Assembly (NCBI GenBank): GCA_977016875.1
Contig: CDRNST010000088.1
Location: 434,001-498,000, forward strand
Source of the DNA: Pavona decussata
Taxonomy: Eukaryota
Direction of reading: 5' to 3'
Length of the DNA stretch: 64,000 nucleotides
Under the pieces are notes generated by a model. The model was not told where the DNA came from, did no database searches, and worked only from the letters and a program-made list of their open reading frames with translations. Positions 23,801 through 33,168 of this stretch are shown in pieces; the stretch's first letter is position 1; the number at the start of each line of letters is the position of its first letter. Made by a program: the position numbers and the translations under genes.

Positions 23801-26800
23801 ATCTGACTCTTCAAGGTATCTCCCTTGTCACCTATGAGCCGTTTCTCGTTATAAATGCTCCATAACCTTTCCAGTTCTTGAACCAAAGACTTTTCAACAA
23901 TGTGGCAGTGTTCCTTCACAGTGTGTTTAGCCATTCTCTCAAGCATGTGAACAAGGGATTGGAAAACCTTTTCACATAAAATTAAAAAAATAATAATAAG
24001 AAGAAAGAAGGTTACAGCTAACACAAGCAAACTTTAAATTCATACTGTACTTGACTATGGATTATTTTCTGCAAAACATACTCTGGTAAGAACTAAAAAT
24101 AAGTCAATATGGGGTGAAGGGGTGCCATATTTGTAAACTGATTCTTAAAACCCTTCGCTGATGATCAATAAAGTAATTTGTGCCTGGAAAAGAGCACTAA
24201 GTGACTTTTGCATTAATTTCTTCATTAAAACTTTCAAGTTTAAAGTTTATTTTTGCCACAATAAAAATAAATTCAAGAAAGTGTAATTATAATAATAAAA
24301 TAAAGGTGGTGAGGAAGCTGATGAGAAACCACAAGGCTTTTAAATAATGGGCTCCCACTATTATATAACAGATTAATGACAGAGTAGAAATAAAACAAAG
24401 CTAAGAAATTAATTTAAATTACCTGTATGTTTAAAGCATATTTAGGCTAAAAGAAGTAAAAATAAAAAAAAAATGAATAATAAAAAAAAAAAACAGCAAA
24501 AAAGTTACAGTTACAGTTTAAAACGTTATATGTACATTAACTTTCTGTGTTGAATTCACGATCTTAATTTTTGCTTTCATTCAATTACATTGCTATATAA
24601 AGGTAAAATACTGTAGGTATTTTTGTGGTGAGATGCAAACTTCAGAATTTCCTTGAATTCAATTCCTTGCTTAACCTTTTAAGCCCTGACAGTGATCAGC
24701 ATCTCCTTGTAATCAGTGCTTCTCCAATGCCTGAGGTCATGAGAATTAAGGATCAGATCACAAGTCAGAAAAGTATGGGGACAAGATAGGAGAATTTGTT
24801 CTTTAATATTAGGGTTAACAAAGTGTAGGGCCAGACATTCCTTCACCTGGATCAGCCACAAATTATACAAGGCCAATACTACCTTAGTATACATAGTACA
24901 TTATAAAAATGCTCTCTCAGAGCTACCGTACTGTACCCACCAACTCCCAGTGTAAATTCTGTACTACATCACCAGTTGACTTCTTTTGAAAACTTCCAAG
25001 TTTCCCAAACAGCACGGGCAAAACTGAATCTGTTGTGGAGTGGAACTGATACTTGACTCCTTTGATCATTTCAAAGCACAAGAAACCGAGACCTTGACAC
25101 AAATCTGGTTGAGTGCTGAGTGCTGAGAAAAGTATGTCAAATAGCTGACTGGAGTCTTTCAATTTTCTCATAAGGAAGGAGAAACTCTCTGCTGCAAACT
25201 GCTGAATGTAGTACTTTTGTTCACCCATAAGCAGGGGACTGTATAAACTGTTCCAAAAGGAAGAAATAATAAAATAATATTGAAGAATTTGTATAGTTAC
25301 ATGTAATAGATGTACCACAGTGAAAGGCTATTAGCAACTCAGAGGAATGTAAACAGGGTGCAATAGAGATCTTCTGATCACCATTGAGTATTGCCTCTTG
25401 TCAAAACAGCAAAAAGACTAGAATCCGACTACAGTAGCTTCTTTATTATACTTGACATCTGACAGACTAATATTGAAACAGACACTTAAGGTAAGGAAAG
25501 AGAGAGAAATGGAGGAGGGGCGGAGGGAGAGAAGCTGATTACCAGTTAGACAGTGTATTTTGGATAAATTTATGGCAAATGAACGTTATTAGGGGTTTAG
25601 GATGGGAAATCCTAGACATAAGTGTGATATACATGTATGGTAGGCAAATCTGAGTCCAACACATTATTAAAAAAGTCTTTCTATTGAATCCAAACCCAAG
25701 ATTTCATTAAGTCATGAAAGATTTTTTGAATTCTTTAAGATTGTTCTGGCCATGGGTCATATACATGTATAGTTTTTTTCTTTTCTGAGTTGTACTTCAG
25801 CCTAATTGGATTGCATTAATAGGTGTAATTAAATTTTTTTTTCAATAAATCATTATAGCAAGGAAAGTGTCTAAATGACTGCTGCTCATGCCAAGCCTGG
25901 TTTAGAATGCAGTCTTGGCTTATCTTGTAAAAGCTGTACGCAACTGAAAATCAAGTTGTTTGGACCCCAAATTAAACACTTGTAACATAATTTATCAGTC
26001 AAGTAATTTTGCAGGCCAAGATGTCATACATTGCCTGAAATCATTAACATGCACTAAGCTGATATAATAATCTTTGCATTTGAAATAAAATAAACCAATA
26101 GTACATGTCTTTTTGTTTATGGTGTACATAGCCAAAAAGACTGCTTCTTTCCAAATTTTTTTCACTGTTGTGTGGGTGAACTAATAAGCCAAGGTGCCAC
26201 ACACTAACCGAACTGTAAAATAACCATTTCATTCAACATACAGTACCGTGCAAATGTAAGTGAACAGTCCCTCAAAACTCAAACTTCGAGACTCGATCCT
26301 CGATCCTAAAAACTCGAAAGCTTCGAGTATCGAGGCTCGAGTTGAGTGCATCGAGTATTGAGTCGAGTGCATCGAGTTTCGAGACAGGGAAACAAAGAAC
26401 TTTTCGCGTGATGAGTTTTTCACACGTCTTATCAGAGGCCACAGTTCGGTTCCTTTTACAGGAACCAACTCTGCGAGACAGCCAACTGTGTTTGCGTTTT
26501 TGTTGTAGCGATGTGCTCACGGGCATGCTCGAGCTAGAGAGAGTTCGCTCTTCTAGCGTTTTCTCTGTTCCTTGTCGATTACAACCTAAAGTATTGAGCG
26601 TTTTTAATCAAGGAAATGCTGCTTTCAAAGTTTTGATACGAAAGTTTTAAGTATACAGGGCTTCTGATATTTCGTGCGGTCGCGGAGCCGCGAAATTCAG
26701 GTATATCCCTGGAATCCTGCGAAATTCACAAAAAAACGTGTAATACCGTGAAATTCGTTAAAAATCCTACCAAATACATGTCGGCACAACATATTTGAAA

Positions 26801-27752
26801 CTTATCTTGGCTACTGGGGCTGTTTACTTTCCATAAATGCAAATTTATCTTGAAATTTCGTCACTGCCACGAGTAAACATAACGTACCATAACTACCAGG
26901 CGTTCTTAGATTAATGTTGCAAAAAACTGGGCACAAGAAATGAGAAGACTTTTCGGTGACACTATACGGGGTGGGAAAGGAAACTGCTGTCTGTAGTAAT
27001 GCAGGCACATGTTTAATCGTACATGCAGGACACGATCGAAGACACAACAATGTTTTGACTTCACAAATGGATTTGAACCTTCGATCACGAACAATCTTGC
27101 CTTGTAAACTGCAAAGCAACACAAGAGACCAAGGAGAGAAAAGAAATTTATTGCGTTGCTGTGTTCGGCTCTAAATTGCAGCTGAAAAAGGGGGTTAACT
27201 GGCCGGGCGTTTTAATAAAGCTTATGTTTTTCTTGTAGCTCGAAACAAGTGCAATTGCCTTGAGAACTGTGTTGGATGAACTTTTGTGTTTTCTTTCCTG
27301 CCCTGAATTTGACATCCTTCCAATGTATCTTATTTTTTCTGGAATCTTTCTTTTTGGCTTTCTTTTCTTTTTTTTTTTCGGGAAAATTTGCCCCGAAAAT
27401 TCCCGCGGAATTGCCGCGAAATCGGCTGTTTTCTCCGCGAATTTGTCTCCAAAAATCTCGCGAAATTTGACTTTTTTCTCCGCGAATTATCAGAAGCCCT
27501 GAGTATAAGAGTAATTATTAAAAACTGCATCATTGTATAATGCAATTCGAGGGATTTGATTGGCTTAGCGGCCATGGTATATGAGCAATTATACCATGGC
27601 CGAGAAATGGCGACCATTAAATTGCCTTCTGGTCGTTCTTGCACAGCGAAATCAGTAAGATCTAGCAATATTTCTCGGTTGTTTTTAATAAAACAATTAT
27701 TCCACTTGCGCTTGTTGGATATGAGATGATTATAGCCAACTTGGCGCTACGT

Positions 27753-27789
<37 letters not shown>

Positions 27790-28789
27790 GCTCGTGGAAT
27801 AATTGTTAATTATGTGCAGCGTACTGGTTTAGCGAGGTTAAAAGCGGAGAACCTTAAAAGCGATCGCACGTGTTTCCATTCTCAGCTTGTAAAACAGCCG
27901 CCGAAAAAGTTGCAATCTTTTAGTTTCGAAATCTGCCATCGAGATCCTCGAAAAATTCTTCGAGCGTCTCGACACTCGATACTTGAAACTCGAGCTTTGA
28001 GGATCGAAGATCGAGTTTCGAGTCGAGACTGTCAACTTACATTTGCACGGTACTGTACTTCAAAGCTAACAATATTAGATTATTTACACTGTAGCTGATT
28101 CCCAACCAACACATCTTGCTAGGCAGACCATCGAACACACACTCATTCTGCATGATTGACATGCCATGCATTTTGGTATTCCAAGGGTTTGCCCTTGCCT
28201 TTTGCTTATGCTTAAACTTACACTTGCATTGTGTAAGTCATATCTTGTTTACAGACTGCAAAACTGTAACCAGGACCTACCTGAACACGCTGCGAATATC
28301 TTTCACCATGTACCTCCAAAGAAACTTGAATAGATAGCTGAGAGTTGTAAATATACACTCTAAAACATCCACATCTTGCCAACAGTGATTCATTAAAGAA
28401 ACAAATATACTGAAGAAACTTCCGAAGTGAGGATAAAAGTCCGCTTGCAAATCTTTAGCCAACTGAACTACAAGATCCAACAACGGCTGAAGAGCGAGAC
28501 TTCCGTGAACTTGTAAATGTTCTTTTAGAAGTTCTATAACTTGTTCCTTGTGGTGAACAAGCTGTGCAAGACTTTGCACGTACTCCTTGACTTTGGAGGA
28601 AAAATTCTGAAAGTGTAACGTACAGTTCAGCTCTGTCCATTTTGATAGAGCTTCACAAAAGAACGTGTCTTCGTCCTCGGGGATTTGTGCACTTCTTTGA
28701 ATTCTGTGAGTCACATCGATCTTGATGGCGGCAATACGTTCGGAAAATCCCTTAAACCGGTGCGTATTCGTTTCTTTTCTCTTTACCAT
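3501..28789 (-). CDS. UTP20: Small subunit processome component 20 homolog (UTP20), multi-exon, 3' part outside window
   Basis: N-terminus MVKRKETNTHRFKGFSERIAAIKID resembles the UTP20 start. Internal hallmarks LQPLLDLVVQLAKDLQADFY, EEPDYDARL, DEDPEKDFFENIKHIQLHRRIRAL, RDAARDTL...LTRGYQLHVLSFTLH. 21 GT-AG exons join in consistent phase (5763 nt, 1921 codons, no stop reached). Confidence 0.95.
4447..4603 (-). CDS. UTP20: UTP20 exon 20
   Basis: LLLRVCQTLRSRAREVRDAARDTL...LTRGYQ|gtgata. Confidence 0.9.
4821..5223 (+). mobile_element. 3' fragment of a CR1/L2-group LINE (ORF2 C-terminus and tail)
   Basis: KRALHIIYPRHSYLDTLNITNLSSLKERRTQLCRKYI resembles ORF2 C-termini; ends in (attt)n/T tract. 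Confidence 0.6.
5353..5492 (-). CDS. UTP20: UTP20 exon 19
   Basis: DEQDVLRVPIILAIIKLLQALP...LHLP|gtgag. Confidence 0.9.
5860..6107 (-). CDS. UTP20: UTP20 exon 18 (acidic linker)
   Basis: D/E-rich stretch then IYNTITSTILPQLHKCVTKK|gtgag. Confidence 0.85.
6480..6559 (-). CDS. UTP20: UTP20 exon 17
   Basis: IVVIILNNFHFDLS...|gtacgt; phase 2/1. Confidence 0.85.
6776..7330 (+). repeat. cagcaccacaggaaagtact-family repeat (reverse copy at ~4057-4183)
   Basis: Motif at 6780, 7260, 7308; reverse-complement match at 4057-4183. Confidence 0.7.
6838..7224. mobile_element. Palindromic MITE, AT TSD, inserted in an older repeat
   Basis: agacccttctccaaaatggcggc / gccgccattttagagaagggtct; near whole-length inverted symmetry. 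Confidence 0.9.
7530..7801 (-). CDS. UTP20: UTP20 exon 16
   Basis: tag|LHRRIRALRRL...LPWSKYCSLLRHYL...|gtaaag. Confidence 0.9.
8251..8385 (-). CDS. UTP20: UTP20 exon 15
   Basis: cag|IARNEFLG...DPEKDFFENIKHIQ|gtgag. Confidence 0.9.
8412..8645. mobile_element. MITE (same family at 16794-17033)
   Basis: Arms ctttctatttgtcaga...gccagaccg / ggccagttttgacaaatggaaagc, shared with 16794-17033. Confidence 0.65.
9067..9841 (-). CDS. UTP20: UTP20 exon 14
   Basis: Within ORF 9028..9864; EEPDYDARL, DLSLRDSA; |gtaagt. Confidence 0.92.
10027..10200. mobile_element. Tc1/mariner-type MITE
   Basis: ta|cagtgaaat...attccagtg|ta; cgaaaaatcg subrepeats. Confidence 0.65.
10618..10901 (-). CDS. UTP20: UTP20 exon 13
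   Basis: cag|VEKLHQESIQHPTALLKLLFAWSKN...|gtaagt. Confidence 0.88.
11166..11306 (-). CDS. UTP20: UTP20 exon 12
   Basis: cag|VQPSFISQLKTVRQLA...VWPQ|gtaag. Confidence 0.88.
11484..11746. mobile_element. PIF/Harbinger-type MITE (TAA TSD)
   Basis: taa|agcctgcccgcacactt...aagtgtgcggcaagct|taa; long internal inverted arms. Confidence 0.85.
11766..11965 (-). CDS. UTP20: UTP20 exon 11 (NAGNAG acceptor, 11965 or 11962)
   Basis: VVPLKKQQGFLGM...QRDM|gtaag. Confidence 0.85.
12689..12855 (-). CDS. UTP20: UTP20 exon 10
   Basis: LLYGKM...RRAVVLRFL; cag| and |gtaaat. Confidence 0.88.
13264..13598. mobile_element. MITE, AT-flanked
   Basis: at|agagacc...ggtctct|at with degenerate subterminal gagtac/gtac arms. 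Confidence 0.7.
13631..13775. mobile_element. Short MITE, CTG-flanked
   Basis: ctg|gctccagttgttcaaa...tttaaacaaccgggc|ctg; ggataa/ttatcc internal repeats. Confidence 0.7.
13970..14461 (-). CDS. UTP20: UTP20 exon 9
   Basis: NEYF...FKNPKALFKEPEL...LEPYKENIERLLDDENFRDEL...PILI|gttagt. Confidence 0.9.
14873..15122 (-). CDS. UTP20: UTP20 exon 8
   Basis: DHANFRYLLWKAM...AEQKSRDVVPLFLRF|gtaag. Confidence 0.88.
15745..16057 (-). CDS. UTP20: UTP20 exon 7
   Basis: cag|CPLAGKGSLFHLCLQAEE...VNFSPLWDPVIE...|gtaatg. Confidence 0.88.
17118..17337 (-). CDS. UTP20: UTP20 exon 6
   Basis: tag|SWPDNVHILQ...NLCSASHVIRLLTLKLL...EDK|gtacat. Confidence 0.85.
17648..18048. mobile_element. TTAA-flanked non-autonomous DNA element
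   Basis: ttaa|ggacggtgcctact ... agtaagtaccgtcg; internal attagtaggcacc inverse of left end. Confidence 0.55.
18091..18369. mobile_element. Palindromic MITE
   Basis: aaaaaggccaagtttcagagtcctgccttttgaaatagcga / tcgctatttcaaaggacaggactctcaaacttggcttttt. Confidence 0.75.
18445..19149. mobile_element. Tandem + inverted ~259-bp tRNA-containing repeat (1.7 units forward, then 1 unit inverted)
   Basis: 18445-18703 is repeated at 18704-18894; 18891-19149 is the reverse complement of a circularly permuted unit. Confidence 0.9.
19020..19092 (+). tRNA. tRNA-Thr(AGT)-like sequence, non-canonical (repeat-borne; also 18543-18615 and 18801-18873 on minus)
   Basis: TAGCTCAGTGGTAGAGC A-box/D-arm, TCCGA-ACTAGTAA-TCGGA anticodon arm (8-nt loop), GGTTCGACTCC B-box, 1:72 mismatch, T6 terminator at ~19103. 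Confidence 0.6.
19283..19489 (-). CDS. UTP20: UTP20 exon 5
   Basis: cag|PLDIPQCC...TLI|gtaaat; phase 2/2. Confidence 0.8.
20187..20704 (-). CDS. UTP20: UTP20 exon 4
   Basis: tag|VLQTVMTKDF...IPCI|gtgagt. Confidence 0.85.
20742..20804. repeat. (ATT)n microsatellite
   Basis: ~20 ATT units, one interruption. Confidence 0.95.
21554..23079. mobile_element. Non-autonomous hAT-like element with 5-bp TSD
   Basis: TIR cagggctcaaagtt/aactttgagccctg; TSD ctcta at 21549 and 23080; subterminal gcgccta repeats. Confidence 0.85.
22087..22454. mobile_element. MITE nested in the hAT-like element
   Basis: TIR agggagcttaagcaacgacgacggcaacgg / ccgttgccgtcgtcgttgcttaagctccct. Confidence 0.9.
23719..23967 (-). 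CDS. UTP20: UTP20 exon 3
   Basis: aag|VFQSLVHMLE...RLFN|gtaagt. Confidence 0.85.
24941..25247 (-). CDS. UTP20: UTP20 exon 2
   Basis: cag|T TTA TAC...YYIQQFAAESFSFLMRK...TTG|gtgggt. Confidence 0.88.
26656..27501. mobile_element. Non-autonomous hAT-like element with 6-bp TSD (nested)
   Basis: TIR cagggcttctgata/tatcagaagccctg; TSD agtata at 26650 and 27502; cgcgaa subterminal repeats. Confidence 0.85.
27512..27812. repeat. Interspersed repeat with long 3' hairpin (nested)
   Basis: aacaattattccac...ggatatgagatgat...atcatctcatatcc...gtggaataattgtt stem. Confidence 0.65.
28281..28789 (-). CDS. UTP20: UTP20 exon 1
   Basis: ATG at 28789; donor CAG|gtag at 28280; within ORF 28277..28873. Confidence 0.9.
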
Positions 28790-28874
28790 AACGTCTGATC
28801 TGATTGAACAAGTCGAACTATTCTTTTCAACTAGAAAATGTGCGAAAGACGATCGCCATGTGTCTGTAGCCACC

Positions 28875-28892
28875 TTCGGCCGCCATGTTGAA
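28875..28892 (-). promoter_or_regulatory. YY1-type motif (CAACATGGCGGC) upstream of the UTP20 start
   Basis: Minus strand reads caacatggcggccg ~90 bp upstream of the ATG; this motif is common at housekeeping promoters/5' UTRs. Confidence 0.4.
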
Positions 28893-29330
28893 TTTTACAC
28901 GTGAAAGACTGGGCCTCATTTCAGCATTCGTTCCAGATTCCTCGCGGACAAGCAGGGGAGAGTATTTGTCCACGGCCACTGGGCGGGCACCATTGCTATA
29001 ACCTGCGATCTGGCCTAATTTTTAGCAGCGCTCTTTAATATTTCGTCTTATTTGGTCGCTCTCTATTTTTCGTTTCATGTTTCCCGTGTGAATGGTTTAC
29101 CAATGGAGGCGAAACGAAACTAGGGTTTGATTGATGATACAATTCGCTCCCCAAGATTCATACCGATATGTACACATACCCAGTAAGCACTACTTAGTTG
29201 TTAACAGAGCCATTTTTACAAGTACTCTCCCGAGCTGGATCATCAAAAAAGATCCCTTTCCTCGCTCTACAAATCACCAAGTCGCGCTACAAGACACGGA
29301 ATCGAAAAAAACATTTTGTGTTTAACACAG

Positions 29331-29532
29331 AGGGTCAGTTATTAAAAGACAGTTTAGACGGTGTTTAACAAAGCCACGTTCTAAGCCGTTTCCAATTTTG
29401 CCAACAGGCTTGCATCCCAGACTAAAAAAAAACTATTTATCTACTTAAAATCAACCACTTATTAATAGATTTGGAAGCCCACTGATTGTCTTAAACCGCG
29501 GCCTACGTTAGACTCTGTTTAAATAACTGGCC
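29331..29532. mobile_element. Short MITE, CAG-flanked
   Basis: gggtcagttattaaaa / tttaaataactggcc. Confidence 0.55.
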
Positions 29533-30955
29533 CAGAGTGTCCTCGCCGTAAATGATTCAATCATTTTGTCCAATCTTGAAGTCTTTATTAAAAAAAAAAA
29601 AGAGAGAGGGGAAAAAGCCCTTAACAACATTTTTATCATTTTTATTAAATGATCCCAGGTTGGGTGCCCTGAATTATATCGCCTCGAACAACCATTTCCT
29701 TAGTTGGTTAATGTTATGTTCACCTTCACACTGCACAATTGTAAGTAGCCCAGTCAAGCTGGAGTGCTTCTACAGCAGTACAGCAGAAGTGTCTCTAACC
29801 GTCCTAATCTGAGGGGGGTAATTTATAACGTACAGTGTAGATAGCAAAGCCGCGCAATCAATTTCAGTTCTAGTCTTGTTGAACAAGCTAATGGCGTAAG
29901 CAAACTTGACCTTTTGCTTTGCCCAAAAAATTGTTTTCTCGTACGAGTGCTTAGTAACATTGAAGAACACGGTCAAGTGCTATTTACAGCATATGGATTT
30001 TAGGGACATGAAATGGTGCTTTACCTCTGTACAGAAAAAAACTCTGAGACCTGAAACCTTTTTCATGTCATAAATTCCTTCGCGCGGGTTTCGTTGTTGT
30101 TGCTGTTGTTTTTTTGTCGATTTTCTTTCCTGTTTTCGCCAATTTGTTCGTCGTACATTTTGAATAGTGCATTTAGCTGTAAGTGTACTAATTTGTGATA
30201 AACTTGGAAAGTTTGGTGAGCACCTAAGAGGCTAGAGTTTCTCTCGGCTACCCCTCTTTCAGTGCGTTTTCCAAACTTCCGCGTACATCACAACTGGGTA
30301 TACGCACACTGAAGCATGAGCCAATAGGCCACTTGCATTATGAGGTCACGTGACGACATTTTACTTAGAGTAAATCTTGCGATGTATTGACCTTTGAAAT
30401 TGATTAAGGGGTAATGGTCCTAATATAGTAAGACGATCTTCATCTCGAAAGTTTGCATTGGATCGAAAATATCGGTTATTTTGTAACTGGTCACGTGACA
30501 AGATTGTAAGTAATAAGTAATAAGTAATAAGTAAGAATAACAGCCTAAACCACAAACTCAATCAAATTTTAACAGTTCAAGAAAACGCCTAAATATGCAT
30601 CGGTATTATTCACCCAAAATACAGTATAATTGACCAATTTTTGGCAAGATAACAGTGAAATAAAATTTCAGCCGCCATATTGGAGGGCAAAGGCATTCCC
30701 TCCAACATGGCGGCCATACAATTTCTTACAATTTAATTAACACTCAAACTGCCATTAAAAAATCTTTCTGTTAAATGGTTTCTTGTATCTTCAGTATTTC
30801 ATCTCATTTTTAAGGGGCATGGGTGATGTAATTTCTTAGCGTAGAGGGGCCGGCTCTTGTTACGACAGATCCTTACCTAGCGCTATTACATTGATTACCA
30901 CTCAAGATAATCATCTCCCTTCAAAAAAAAAAAAAGTTGTTTGATTCTGGTCTTG

Positions 30956-32035
30956 TCAATTTGAGTCGATTTCAGTCTTGTCGATTTCAGTACTATCACG
31001 GACGTCGTCAATAGTACTCTCTCTTAGAATGCCTACTGGTGTAGAATGTTGTGCTGCCAGCGGCTTTCTCTTTACGTATAAAGGTATGCCCACTGGTGTG
31101 GAATGTTGTGCTGCCAGCGGCTTTTTCTTTAAAGTAGTTAACTTCTCCTTTAGCACCTACTCAGTTCTGTTGCCATGGACACTTACGTGATTATTTGGTT
31201 GAAATACTTCGTCAATATTACTCGCTTTTTGTATGCCTACTGGTGTTGAATGTTGTGCTGCCAGCGGCTTTTTCTTTAAAGTAGTTAACTTCCTCTTTAG
31301 CACCTGCTCAGTTCTGTTGCCATGGACACTTACGTGATTATTTGGTTGAAATACGTCGTCAATATTACTCTCTCCTCGTGTGCCTACAGGTGTAGAATGT
31401 TGTGCTGCCAGCGGCTTTCTTTTTACAGATAAACGTGTGCCTACTGGTGTAGAATGTTGTGCTGCCAGCGGCTTTTTCTTTAAAGTGGTTAACTGCTTCT
31501 TTAGCACCTGCTCAGTTCTGTTGCTATGGACACGTACGTAATTATTTGGTTGAAATACGCCGTCAATATTACTCTCTCCTCGTATGCCTACTGGTGTAGA
31601 ATGTTGTGCTGCCAGCGGCTTTCTTTTTACAGATAAACGTGTGCCTACTGGTGTAGAATGTTGTGCTGCCAGCGGCTTTTTCTTTAAAGTGGTTAACTGC
31701 TTCTTTAGCACCTGCTCAGGTCTGTTGCCATGGACACGTACGTGATTATTTGGTTGAAATACGTCGTCAATATTACTCGCTCTTCGTATACCTACTGGCG
31801 CAGAAAATTTTGCTGCGAGTGGTTTTTTCTTTACATTTAAAGGTGTGCCTACTGGTGTAGAATGTTGTGCTGCCAGCGGCTTTTTCTTTACACCAGTTAA
31901 CAGTTGTTTTAGCGGCAGCCACTCATTTCTCTTGCCATGGACACTTATGTGACTATTAGGTTGAAAGACGTCGTCAACAGCACTGTCTGTGCCTTCATTA
32001 CGCAGCCCGAACTGATTTCTCGCGCATGACGCTGT
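30956..32035 (-). pseudogene. Out-of-frame, repeat-expanded ancestral C-terminal tail of paralogue A
   Basis: The -1 frame is open from 32035 (SAVDDVFQPNSHISVHGKR...KKKPLAAQHSTPVG...) to TGA at 30956 with a single CAG>TAG at 31157-31159; it aligns to the tail of paralogue B. Confidence 0.7.
31000..31975. repeat. Coding minisatellite: ~204-bp units (207/204/204/147/partial) containing 57-bp sub-repeats
   Basis: Anchor catggacac-like motif at 31936, 31729, 31525, 31321, 31174; 9 copies of PLAAQHSTPVG-type peptide. Confidence 0.95.
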
Positions 32036-33168
32036 TCATGGAAGTTCTTTTCAAGAAACCTGATTCTTTCTTTAGCACCAACATAATAGAAGTAAGCGTT
32101 TTTATCTTCTAACCGTGTGGTGGCATAAGACCGATAACTCTTTAGGAGGAATTTAAATGGGTAAACCGACTTGAGGACACTCACGAAGGCCCTCTGTACT
32201 CTGTCGCTCATTCCAATAGCAATGAGAGGATTAATGACGTGCGGTATCGAACATAACACATGTACAATCGCATTGGCATCACAGCTATGTCTTCCCATAC
32301 TGTACCATGTTAGAGTAGCAGTGATTACTGGTACGTATGAAACAACTAGTGATGCCAACGAAGCCAAACAGGCCCCAGTAATCCGCTTATGCATTTTGCA
32401 CCGTATCTTTCTTCTCGAGTAACCATGGAGATTCTGTTGGGTGTACACATTAAAACCATAAAGAAAACGTTTTATACGGTACAGGGAGGCCAGGATTACA
32501 AGGGCTGTTATTAAAACAAGAACCATGACTACAATGATGCCAGCTGACTGGGAACGGCGACTGGCACTAGTTTGGCCCAAAGGATAACGTTTCCTTGGTA
32601 ACATGTTATTAACATTAACAGTTCGATATGTGATGAATGCCTCCCCCAGACTAACCATCCAAATAGTAGCCAAGCTCAAGACGAGTGGCCGTGATAAGTC
32701 ATCTCCCCTCCTTTTGCCAAAATATGTCGCCGTTTTAGTTCGTTCAATGTTCAACGTTATAGTGAAACCACAGTTTAGAAATATCATCACATTTTTGATA
32801 GCGAAGGATATTTTGGACATCTGCGTCAATCGCGATGGAGGCAAGGTGATGTCAGCCGCATAGGATATAAAGTCAAGAGGTAAGACGATCAGAACGCAGA
32901 TCAAATCTGTTATCATAACATTGGTCAATATCACTGACGTGTTTTTCAGTAGAATTTTTCTCCTTCTGAGGACATGTAGCACAGTCACGTTTGTGCACAG
33001 TCCAATCGTGAATAAAAGAAATATGATGATTCCATTTAAGACTCTAATGGCAAAAGAGAGATCCTTTCCATCATGAAAACTATCCCTTGCTGGTGACTGT
33101 GTTGGGATATCTTCTGATAAGTTGATGCTCATGGCGCGGCCAAAGGGCTCCGTATAATTCAACATCAT
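31945..33168 (-). CDS. Orphan class A (rhodopsin-like) 7TM receptor, paralogue A; C-tail truncated by frameshift
   Basis: 407-aa ORF with seven hydrophobic segments; TM1 N (GLCTN), TM2 D (ITDL), TM3 ER, TM6 YVP, TM7 INP; clearly homologous to 42086..43480. Confidence 0.8.
   Translation of the reverse strand: MMLNYTEPFGRAMSINLSEDIPTQSPARDSFHDGKDLSFAIRVLNGIIIFLLFTIGLCTNVTVLHVLRRRKILLKNTSVILTNVMITDLICVLIVLPLDFISYAADITLPPSRLTQMSKISFAIKNVMIFLNCGFTITLNIERTKTATYFGKRRGDDLSRPLVLSLATIWMVSLGEAFITYRTVNVNNMLPRKRYPLGQTSASRRSQSAGIIVVMVLVLITALVILASLYRIKRFLYGFNVYTQQNLHGYSRRKIRCKMHKRITGACLASLASLVVSYVPVITATLTWYSMGRHSCDANAIVHVLCSIPHVINPLIAIGMSDRVQRAFVSVLKSVYPFKFLLKSYRSYATTRLEDKNAYFYYVGAKERIRFLEKNFHEQRHAREISSGCVMKAQTVLLTTSFNLIVT

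Larger units (their letters stand above)
26241..28055. mobile_element. Tc1/mariner-type non-autonomous element (TA TSD) hosting two nested insertions
   Basis: ta|cagtaccgtgcaaatgtaagt ... acttacatttgcacggtactg|ta; ctcga-rich subterminal repeats. Confidence 0.9.

Noticed and set aside
28790-28873. N-terminal extension of UTP20
   Set aside because: Starts at GTG; homology begins at the ATG at 28789
31157-31159. Stop-codon readthrough
   Set aside because: TAG-GTG is not a recognised readthrough context; other units have CAG, so this is a point mutation
31000-31975. CRISPR-like or independent-gene reading of the repeat ORFs
   Set aside because: Intervening segments are themselves repeated and the frame aligns to the GPCR tail
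31945-32060. Programmed -1 frameshift or small intron linking gene A to its tail
   Set aside because: No slippery heptamer after the -1-frame TGA at 32036-32038 and no credible intron with a polypyrimidine tract; a simple indel is more parsimonious
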